Positions 1 through 6,627 of a DNA stretch of 11,531 bases are shown piece by piece (position 1 is the first letter of the stretch; each line of letters begins with the position of its first letter). Made by a program: the position numbers and the translations under genes. A model generated the notes under the pieces. That model saw only the letters and a list, made by a program, of their open reading frames with translations. It ran no database searches and was not told where the DNA came from. Location: positions 1 to 11,531 of the IMG/VR virus record IMGVR_UViG_3300008216_001605, one strand, 5' to 3'.

Positions 1-30
1 ATGTTTAGATGAGACGTAATTATATATAAA

Positions 31-56
31 CTACGGAAAACGTACCATTTTTGTAG
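31..56 (+). terminator. Possible hairpin/terminator of the upstream gene
   Basis: ctacggaaa (31-39) pairs with tttttgtag (48-56), including two G-U pairs; no clear U-tail. Confidence 0.25.
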
Positions 57-60
57 AAAA

Positions 61-74
61 TATAGTATAATAAA
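61..74 (+). promoter_or_regulatory. -10 element (TATAAT) upstream of the head operon, without a canonical -35 (possible late promoter)
   Basis: TATAAT at 66-71 in tatagTATAATaaa; no TTGACA-like hexamer 16-18 nt upstream. Confidence 0.45.
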
Positions 75-75
75 T

Positions 76-170
76 CGTGTAACTATATTATAGTTATGCG
101 GGTTTAGAAGGTCGGAAGTGGCTTAGACCAACCTTCTTAGGATATCATATATTATATATACTAGGAGGGT
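76..170 (+). promoter_or_regulatory. Structured 5' leader and RBS of the scaffold gene
   Basis: Inverted repeat cgtgtaactata-t-tatagttatgcg (76-100); stem agaaggt (106-112)/accttct (131-137); SD AGGAGG at 163-168 before ATG 174. Confidence 0.5.
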
Positions 171-173
171 ATT

Positions 174-1010
174 ATGGCAGACGATGTTCTAAATCGGATA
201 GAGAAACACATGGAGGGTAATACGTTGGCCCTTTCTGCTGTTGCGGAAGTCTTGCAGAAGATGGATGACCGTTTTATTCGTGATGAAGATGCGGTTCTTG
301 CAAAACAAGAGCAGGAACAGGCGTTAGATGAACGGACTACAATGGTTAAAGCCATTGCTTCGGAAGTCTATGGCATGATTAAAGCTGACAATGGTATGGA
401 CGTAGATGGCACGAAGGTACGGTCTGGAACTAGGATGAAGGGTAGGGGTGAAGATTCTGAATCTCCAGTAAATCCTACTACTAAAATTTCAGATCAGCAA
501 GCCACCATTCAAGCTGCAGAAGATGAAGAAGAGAATGGAAAAAAGAAATTTAATTTTGACAAGAAGCAGGATGATGAAGAAGAGGAAGAAGTAGAAAAGG
601 AAGGAAATGGCGCAAAGGAGTATCCTGAGGAAGAAGAAGAAGCAAAGAAAGGAATGTATAAGGGCGAGGATGAAGATAAGGAAGAAGATGATAAAGAGAT
701 AGAAGAGATGGCTAAAGAGCTTGATGCTTTGAAAAAGCAGATAGCTAATACTGAGGCTAATATGCAAAAGGCGGTGCAAGCAGAGTCGGAGCAACGGCTT
801 CGGAAGATGGGATTTAGAGAGGAATTGGGTCTTCAAGCTCCCCAACAGATTAACCCCCTGGGAATTGATGGAACTACGCCACTTATAAAAGCACAGGAAT
901 CTGTGGATACAGTTGATCAGTTAGCTGGTATGTCTTATAAGGAACTGCGTAACCTTCAGGCTCAGATTGAAATGGGGAATACTGATGGGGTACCACGGGA
1001 ATTACTATAA
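174..1010 (+). CDS. Capsid scaffolding protein (putative)
   Basis: 278 aa with a strong SD, an E/D/K-rich low-complexity centre and helical/coiled-coil ends; lies directly upstream of the major capsid gene, the usual scaffold position. Confidence 0.75.
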   Translation: MADDVLNRIEKHMEGNTLALSAVAEVLQKMDDRFIRDEDAVLAKQEQEQALDERTTMVKAIASEVYGMIKADNGMDVDGTKVRSGTRMKGRGEDSESPVNPTTKISDQQATIQAAEDEEENGKKKFNFDKKQDDEEEEEVEKEGNGAKEYPEEEEEAKKGMYKGEDEDKEEDDKEIEEMAKELDALKKQIANTEANMQKAVQAESEQRLRKMGFREELGLQAPQQINPLGIDGTTPLIKAQESVDTVDQLAGMSYKELRNLQAQIEMGNTDGVPRELL

Positions 1011-1034
1011 AATTTAAATTAAAGGAGTCACACT

Positions 1035-2375
1035 ATGGCTAATCCTAGTTTATCAGAATACCTAGCACAGTCACAGCGGGGCTTGTATCAGTCGGTATTC
1101 GGCCCTGAATACCTAATGAAACAGTCCTATTTCACTGTTGATACTGCTACTGGTATCTTCAACACAACTTATGGACGCAAGGTGTGGCAAGCTTTGAACA
1201 ATCAGACTCGTTTCTTCAACGCTGTCCCAAGGGTAGTTTGGGGTAATACGGCTGGTTGGCGTGTCAGAACTGACCGTGGCTCAAGTAGGTCACGACCAGT
1301 AACTGAGACGGGGAGTCTCCCCACTGTCGATGTCTCCAATATTGCTACAGTATCGAGCTTGCCTCGTATTGTTTCCACGACCTTCGGTGCTTCTGTGAAG
1401 TCCGTCTTCACCGCACAGTTGGAAGGTGGTATCGGAGATGTTCTGGCGATGGAGAATGAGAATTCTCAGCTTGACCATATCAAGGAAATCAATGAAGAAT
1501 TGTTGGCTGGTGGGGCATTTATTGTATCTGCTGGTTCAACGACCTCCTTCACAGTACCCGCTGCTGTGGCCCATCACTTTAAGGTTGGTGATGCGGTAGC
1601 TATGAATGATGCTACCAGCGGTTTTGACAGGACTAGTGGTTCTGTAGTTTCTGCGGTTAACACTTCTACTGGGGTAGTGACCGTAGCTACTGGCACAGCT
1701 TTCGCAGATGGTGACCTAGCCTATTCTCACAGTAGGGCTGGTTTCACTTCCCTTGATGACATTGTAGCCGAAGATGGCATGGTTATCGGGGGTGTGACGA
1801 ATGGTGCCGAAGTTAGGGCTTATGACCTAACTTACAGTGACCGTGTTGCTGGTTCGTGGAATGCTGCTGCCAGCGTTCAGTTAAATAGTGGGACTGGACG
1901 AGCTTTATCCCTCACTCACCTGGATACTGCTATCCAGAAGATTCGTGAGAATGGTGGGGAGCCAAAGCTCATCCTTTTGGGCCATGACCAATACTTTAAC
2001 CTTGAACGTTTGTTAAACTCTAACCAACGTTATATGGGTCAGGAAGAGTACCAAGTTGGTGTGGGTTCAGAACGAACCTTCCCAGGTACCCGAACTGGTT
2101 TGGTTTTGGCTACCTATCAGGGCATTCCCATCCTACCAGATGCGGATGTGCCTAAGTCCGTGGCATCTAATGATGCAGTTTTGGGTTCCAACATCTATGT
2201 GTTGGATACTGATTACCTAGAAATTGCAGTTGCTCAACCTACGCAGTATGTTGAGAACCGTGACTACTTTGCTGCTAATGCGTTGGTAGTGAGGGGATTG
2301 CTCTACACAATGGGCGAAATGCGGTGCAAGAATCTCTGGGTACAGGCTAAGATTGGGGATTTGAACGCTTCCTAA
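1035..2375 (+). CDS. Major capsid protein (HK97 fold) with a beta-rich insertion domain
   Basis: 446 aa with SD AAGGAG. HK97-like succession of segments: VWQALNNQTRFFNAVPR, E-loop-like VTETGSLPTVD, spine helix DHIKEINEELL, A-domain LDTAIQKIRENGGEPKLILL and YQGIPILPD...IYVLDTDYL. Followed by a strong terminator. Confidence 0.85.
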   Translation: MANPSLSEYLAQSQRGLYQSVFGPEYLMKQSYFTVDTATGIFNTTYGRKVWQALNNQTRFFNAVPRVVWGNTAGWRVRTDRGSSRSRPVTETGSLPTVDVSNIATVSSLPRIVSTTFGASVKSVFTAQLEGGIGDVLAMENENSQLDHIKEINEELLAGGAFIVSAGSTTSFTVPAAVAHHFKVGDAVAMNDATSGFDRTSGSVVSAVNTSTGVVTVATGTAFADGDLAYSHSRAGFTSLDDIVAEDGMVIGGVTNGAEVRAYDLTYSDRVAGSWNAAASVQLNSGTGRALSLTHLDTAIQKIRENGGEPKLILLGHDQYFNLERLLNSNQRYMGQEEYQVGVGSERTFPGTRTGLVLATYQGIPILPDADVPKSVASNDAVLGSNIYVLDTDYLEIAVAQPTQYVENRDYFAANALVVRGLLYTMGEMRCKNLWVQAKIGDLNAS

Positions 2376-2383
2376 TTTTTCCT

Positions 2384-2418
2384 GGGGGGGTGGGCATAAC
2401 CCCACCCCCCTTCTTTAT
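2384..2418 (+). terminator. Rho-independent terminator after the major capsid gene
   Basis: 10-bp stem ggggggtggg (2385-2394)/cccacccccc (2401-2410), loop cataac, followed by ttcttta. Confidence 0.85.
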
Positions 2419-2429
2419 ATGGAGGAAAG

Positions 2430-2603
2430 ATGAGAATAAATCGTCCTAAACATCCTACTTTAATCCGTTATGATGATAACGGAAACCCTATAGATTATTA
2501 TAGGAAATCTCCTCTTCCTAAGTTTGGAACTAATAACCCTATTCAAGTATTGAGGAAAATGCAACATGACTCAAATGAGAAATCGGATAAATCCTCTGGA
2601 TAA
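2430..2603 (+). CDS. Small basic, Pro-rich hypothetical protein (57 aa; not in the ORF track)
   Basis: GGAGG at 2421-2425, then ATG 2430: MRINRPKHPTLIRYDDNGNPIDYYRKSPLPKFGTNNPIQVLRKMQHDSNEKSDKSSG*. Overlaps the next ORF start. Confidence 0.55.
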   Translation: MRINRPKHPTLIRYDDNGNPIDYYRKSPLPKFGTNNPIQVLRKMQHDSNEKSDKSSG

Positions 2604-2862
2604 TGATGGGTTAGAAGTCAAAGTTGCGGTGTATATGGAACGTCTAGATACTTATATAGAGACTTCCACCGAATTAAATAGAACTTTAGTTTCCGGTTTA
2701 GAAAGAGTTAATGATGAATTAGATGAATTAAAACAATGGCGCACTAAATTTTATGGTGCCAAAACCCTCTTTATGTTTCTCTTTGCAATGTTTGCCCATG
2801 CAGGGGTGGTCTTAGCTGCAATAGTTGGCATTTTAAATTGGTACGCAAAATCCCCAAATTAA
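2566..2862 (+). CDS. Coiled-coil plus C-terminal TM protein (XhlA/holin-like architecture)
   Basis: Heptad region LEVKVAVYMERLD...LDELKQWR followed by the hydrophobic segment LFMFLFAMFAHAGVVLAAIVGIL. Confidence 0.6.
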   Translation: MTQMRNRINPLDNDGLEVKVAVYMERLDTYIETSTELNRTLVSGLERVNDELDELKQWRTKFYGAKTLFMFLFAMFAHAGVVLAAIVGILNWYAKSPN

Positions 2863-2877
2863 TGATAGGAGTCTTGC

Positions 2878-3801
2878 ATGGCTAATGAACGACATAATGA
2901 TGCACGAGAATGGGAGATAGATTCATCTACCCGACAATCTGTTCATCCTTATACAAAATATTCTCCCTTCAGAACTGCAACTTCTACTACAGCCGCTAAT
3001 TTATTAGCTATTGATAGGGGGGAGATTGCAGTAAACTGGGTCACTAACCCTAGAATAGAGGCTACAGATGTTAGTATGTTTACAGCTACGGGAGCTACTG
3101 TTGCTAGAGATACGGGCCAAGCAGCTGTAGGGTCAGCTTCTCTCCTCACTAATCCAGGCAATGCTGGAGCAGGTGAGGGTTTTTATTGGGTTTCTCCTAG
3201 TGTCCCTTTTAGTGTAACTCCTCAACATCTCACGGCTCAATGTGAGGTTAGGGGAGCTTCTGCATCAGGAAGTGTTAAGATACAGATTACTGATGCCTCT
3301 GGTGTGGAACTTGCAACTTCTGCTGATACTAATTTAACCACCAGTTTTGCACAAATTACTGCTTCTTATTCCATAGCAGGCAGTACTGCCGCAGCAACGT
3401 ATAGAGTTTATGTTGTTAGTGCTGCAAACCATAATATTAACTGGTATACTGATAAGATAATGTTTGAAGTACGGGAAGATACTAATGCTGTATCGACTTA
3501 TGTAGATGGAGCTTCTGGTTTGAATTATGAATGGTCGGGAACAGCTAATGCATCTACTTCTAGGAAGCGTCCTGCCATGTCTGTCATACGTGGGATACAG
3601 ATTAAAAATGAATCTGGGACTAGTGCTGAAATTGTGTATGTATCTTTTGATTCAACCGCTTCTACTACTACGGGAATCTCAGTATTAGCGGGGGCAACGT
3701 ATGAATCTAATTTTCCTATAGACTTTAGAGAGAATGTCTCCATAATATCTGCTTCTGGAACTCCTACTGTTAGTGGAGTAGTGTGGGGAGTCAATGGTTA
3801 A
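2878..3801 (+). CDS. Virion structural/decoration protein with a carbohydrate-binding-like beta-sandwich insert
   Basis: 307 aa, rich in Ala/Ser/Thr/Gly, SD AGGAG. NWVTNPRIE...YVDG resembles phage CBM-like jelly-roll domains; C-terminal beta-strand domain IQIKNESG...IVYVSFD...GISVLAG. Confidence 0.55.
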   Translation: MANERHNDAREWEIDSSTRQSVHPYTKYSPFRTATSTTAANLLAIDRGEIAVNWVTNPRIEATDVSMFTATGATVARDTGQAAVGSASLLTNPGNAGAGEGFYWVSPSVPFSVTPQHLTAQCEVRGASASGSVKIQITDASGVELATSADTNLTTSFAQITASYSIAGSTAAATYRVYVVSAANHNINWYTDKIMFEVREDTNAVSTYVDGASGLNYEWSGTANASTSRKRPAMSVIRGIQIKNESGTSAEIVYVSFDSTASTTTGISVLAGATYESNFPIDFRENVSIISASGTPTVSGVVWGVNG

Positions 3802-5300
3802 TGGGTACCTCTACGATTCAAACTGCAGTAGGTAAAATACCTAGTCCGTCTAATTGGGCATTCAATACTGAGATGTATCAGACTGTTGGTATTGATGCTA
3901 CCATACTTCCTATTGAAAAACAAGACAGTGGTAAGGTCACATTAGAAGATATTTCTAGTGCCCTTGATGAATATAAACGTTTATTTAAAGCGGGAATAGC
4001 ATCTAAAGCCGAACTTATAACTTTGTCTAGAGCTTATCCCGATGATTCTACTTATTCTAAAGCTGTCTCTAAATTAAGTGAAGGCGATGCGATGGTCTTA
4101 GGTGGCCCCGCATCGGTGGAATTAATTGATAGAGAAGGCCATTTAATTACTACACAAGCTTTAGAAAAAGCTTTTCATAAATATATGGATAACTTCCGTA
4201 CTAGGAATACAATGGTACTCCACAGTGACGTTCAGGTAGGGTGGGCCTTGCCTGCTTATATTTCTAAAGGTGGTCAGATATTTAAAGCTGGGGTGGGAGA
4301 AAACGGTTTATTCTTCATTACGGAATTGAGGGACGATACCAAAATAGCCCAACGGGTTATGGATCAAGTTAATGAGGGAAAGCTAAAGAGTTATTCTATT
4401 GCAGGGAGTGCCACCAAAGTACAGAATATGCAGAAAGGTTTACAACCCTATATGCAAGTAGACGAAATGGAACTGGCCGAAGTTACGGTATGTGAGAAGG
4501 GTGTAAATCAAAGTGCTGGATTTGATATATTAAAGGCTAAAGGAGCCGTTACTACTTGTATTGATGGTAGTTGTCTCATACAAAAACAGGAATGTGATGG
4601 TAGTTGCGTTATTCAGAAAGAAGAAGGTAAAATTACCCAGATAGATTCAGGCTATAGAAATGCTACTGATGTAGAAATGAAAAATGGTATTATGTGCGGT
4701 ACCTGTAAATTTTTTAATAAACAAGAAGGGACATGTGATATAGTCGAAGGAATGATTGAAGATCACATGTACTGTAAAGTGTTTGCACCATTAGATGAAT
4801 CGCCAACTATTGATGAAGGAAGGGAGTTAATTATGTTAATGGAAAAATCAGACGGGTCAATTGATTTTGTGGGGTCATTCTTGAAATGGATAGAGAAACA
4901 AGGCACATCTTCATCGCCAAAAGAAATGGCTGCGACCTTTGCCACTCTATTGAATACTGCGGGAAGGCAAGCAGAACACCACCAATTACTACGGGAGTAT
5001 GGATTTCCTTCTGAGCAACCCCCCGAAGCTATGAGATATACCCCAGTCATTGAAACAGAAACAGATGACTTTGGAATTCCTGTACACATGAAACCCCCTT
5101 GGACTGTAAATGAAGCTGGGTCGCATCTAGGAAAGAAATTAGATGCTGATGCCCCTACTTATGATACTTCTATAGCTGCTAAAGCACATAAAGATTTGCA
5201 AACTAATATGCATCCTTGGTATTCTACAGAAATCTCAGTGTCTTTTCCAATACGGAAAGCTTTTTCCAAATGGTTTTCTGATAATGAATTCTATTTATAA
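3801..5300 (+). CDS. HK97-family prohead (capsid maturation) protease with long N- and C-terminal extensions, including a HiPIP-like domain
   Basis: ATG 3801 overlaps the upstream stop (TAATG), SD GGGGAG. Core at ~4092-4540: GPASVELIDREGHLI, catalytic His in VLHSD, Ser in LKSYSIAG, and LAEVTVCEKGVN. CxxC-x9-C-x12-C at 4695-4775. Confidence 0.85.
   Translation: MGTSTIQTAVGKIPSPSNWAFNTEMYQTVGIDATILPIEKQDSGKVTLEDISSALDEYKRLFKAGIASKAELITLSRAYPDDSTYSKAVSKLSEGDAMVLGGPASVELIDREGHLITTQALEKAFHKYMDNFRTRNTMVLHSDVQVGWALPAYISKGGQIFKAGVGENGLFFITELRDDTKIAQRVMDQVNEGKLKSYSIAGSATKVQNMQKGLQPYMQVDEMELAEVTVCEKGVNQSAGFDILKAKGAVTTCIDGSCLIQKQECDGSCVIQKEEGKITQIDSGYRNATDVEMKNGIMCGTCKFFNKQEGTCDIVEGMIEDHMYCKVFAPLDESPTIDEGRELIMLMEKSDGSIDFVGSFLKWIEKQGTSSSPKEMAATFATLLNTAGRQAEHHQLLREYGFPSEQPPEAMRYTPVIETETDDFGIPVHMKPPWTVNEAGSHLGKKLDADAPTYDTSIAAKAHKDLQTNMHPWYSTEISVSFPIRKAFSKWFSDNEFYL
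4562..4626 (+). repeat. 33-nt (11-aa) tandem duplication inside the protease gene
   Basis: tgatggtagttg at 4562-4573 and 4595-4606; encodes DGSCLIQKQEC / DGSCVIQKEEG. Confidence 0.8.
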
Positions 5301-5332
5301 TCATAATATATAATATTCTTTGCCCATTGAAC

Positions 5333-5360
5333 TTGACTTTCTTCTCAATTAGTGTATAAT
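5333..5360 (+). promoter_or_regulatory. Sigma70/SigA-type promoter
   Basis: TTGACT (5333-5338), 16-nt spacer, TATAAT (5355-5360), in an intergenic AT-rich gap. Confidence 0.75.
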
Positions 5361-5400
5361 ACAATAAAGGCACCACTTGGAAGAAGGTACTGGGACAAGA

Positions 5401-5589
5401 ATGATAAGTATAAGTATTGGTATTGTCATAGTGGTTGGGATAATCGGATGGATAGTTAAGATTACTTCAACGAAAGGACACTCCCTAGAATATTATAAAT
5501 ATATGGAAAATAACAAACGTCCACCCCCATCTTATTTCGATCATTATGTCATGGAAGAATTGATACATCCTTATCGTTTAAAAAACTAG
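5401..5589 (+). CDS. Small single-pass membrane protein
   Basis: Likely ATG 5401 (the track uses TTG 5377); N-terminal TM ISISIGIVIVVGIIGWIV. Confidence 0.6.
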   Translation: MISISIGIVIVVGIIGWIVKITSTKGHSLEYYKYMENNKRPPPSYFDHYVMEELIHPYRLKN

Positions 5590-5597
5590 GCTAATTA

Positions 5598-5750
5598 ATG
5601 AAATACTTACGCCCCCAAATTTTACTTAGTATCCTAATATTAGGAGCTATAGCAATATTGTCCCTAGAGTTAGGACATATTGAAATTACTACGGGGTGTA
5701 TTACTTTATTGGGGGCATTGGGAATGAAAATTTTAGAGTCAGACAAGTGA
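5598..5750 (+). CDS. 50-aa two-TM membrane protein (holin-like; not in the ORF track)
   Basis: MKYLRPQILLSILILGAIAILSLELGHIEITTGCITLLGALGMKILESDK*: two hydrophobic helices and a charged C-terminus; fills the gap between + strand genes. Confidence 0.7.
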   Translation: MKYLRPQILLSILILGAIAILSLELGHIEITTGCITLLGALGMKILESDK

Positions 5751-5875
5751 AAAAGAGTTGGGTACGCTGTCCAGGGTGTAGTCGAAAGCAACATGCTAAA
5801 ACTACTAAGTTTGGAACTATGTGTACGCCTTGCGCTAAACAAGGCAAACAGGTTAAGACAGGCCGATTTAGATAA
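5747..5875 (+). CDS. 42-aa basic zinc-finger protein (not in the ORF track)
   Basis: GTG start overlapping the upstream stop (GTGA): MKKSWVRCPGCSRKQHAKTTKFGTMCTPCAKQGKQVKTGRFR*, with CxxC-x14-CxxC. Confidence 0.65.
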   Translation: MKKSWVRCPGCSRKQHAKTTKFGTMCTPCAKQGKQVKTGRFR

Positions 5876-5890
5876 TTAAGGAGTGATAAG

Positions 5891-6100
5891 ATGGTAGAGT
5901 GTTTTTGTGATATGAATGCATACGTTTTAACAGGTCTTTGTGAATGTGAAGAAGATTGTGTTTGTGAATGTGAGGTATGTGGGTGTAACCCACACGGTTT
6001 AAATCCAGAAATTGGTTTATGGTATGCAGATCCAGTAGAATCCCCTGTTTGTGCTTGTGGTGGAAACTGTAGTTGTGAGCGAACTTATGATGACAATTAA
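5891..6100 (+). CDS. Metallothionein-like Cys-rich protein
   Basis: 13 Cys in 69 aa, all in CxC motifs; strong SD TAAGGAG. Confidence 0.7.
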   Translation: MVECFCDMNAYVLTGLCECEEDCVCECEVCGCNPHGLNPEIGLWYADPVESPVCACGGNCSCERTYDDN

Positions 6101-6440
6101 TAGAAAGGTATTGATTAAAGGATTATTCCTAGGAATTACTTTAGGTACTTTTATATGTAAATCTTTCTATGGTACTAGCAGTCGTACTTTACAAGATTTG
6201 GACAGGTATAAAACCACCCTGACCGCTATCTTAGATGCAGGAAAAACTTCGGGAATAACTATAATAAATGTTATTAATTTGCTTAAAGATAATGATGTAA
6301 GTCCTGAAGAAATGTTAGTATTAGCAGAAACTATAACAGCTAATAAGAAAACTTTAGATAAAACTCTTACTCTTCTTATTAAAGATTTGAAAGACCATGC
6401 CATTGAAAAAACAAAGGAGAAGGGGACACATGACCAATAG
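6087..6440 (+). CDS. Hypothetical protein with an N-terminal signal/TM anchor
   Basis: Likely start ATG 6087/6090; basic residues, then VLIKGLFLGITLGTFIC, then a helical body. Confidence 0.65.
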   Translation: MMTINRKVLIKGLFLGITLGTFICKSFYGTSSRTLQDLDRYKTTLTAILDAGKTSGITIINVINLLKDNDVSPEEMLVLAETITANKKTLDKTLTLLIKDLKDHAIEKTKEKGTHDQ

Positions 6441-6627
6441 ATTACTTCATTTAATTAATAGACTAAGAGGAATTTTTCTTTCTATGGAAGAAAGAGAAAA
6501 AGAAGTACGTGGGAATGAAACAAAAATATTAGCTTTAAATCTAGAAATAAAAAATCTAAAGGAAGATCAAGATGATGCTATGAAAGCTTTAGATGATTTA
6601 GAAACAGTTATTAAAAAATGGGAATAA
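6430..6627 (+). CDS. Coiled-coil hypothetical protein
   Basis: ATG 6430 after GGAGAAGGGG; heptad pattern ILALNLEIKNLKEDQDDAMKALDDLE. Confidence 0.65.
   Translation: MTNRLLHLINRLRGIFLSMEEREKEVRGNETKILALNLEIKNLKEDQDDAMKALDDLETVIKKWE

Noticed and set aside
515-720. Purine-rich GAA/GAG repeats as a DNA repeat or internal RBS cluster
   Set aside because: Explained by Glu/Lys/Asp codons of the acidic scaffold linker.
2360-2400. Programmed frameshift or readthrough extension of the capsid protein
   Set aside because: No slippery heptamer before the TAA, and readthrough meets another stop within a few codons inside the terminator.
69-2444. Repeated 10-mer aataaatcgt (69-78 and 2435-2444) as a late promoter motif
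   Set aside because: Only two AT-rich copies, one inside a probable ORF; compatible with chance.
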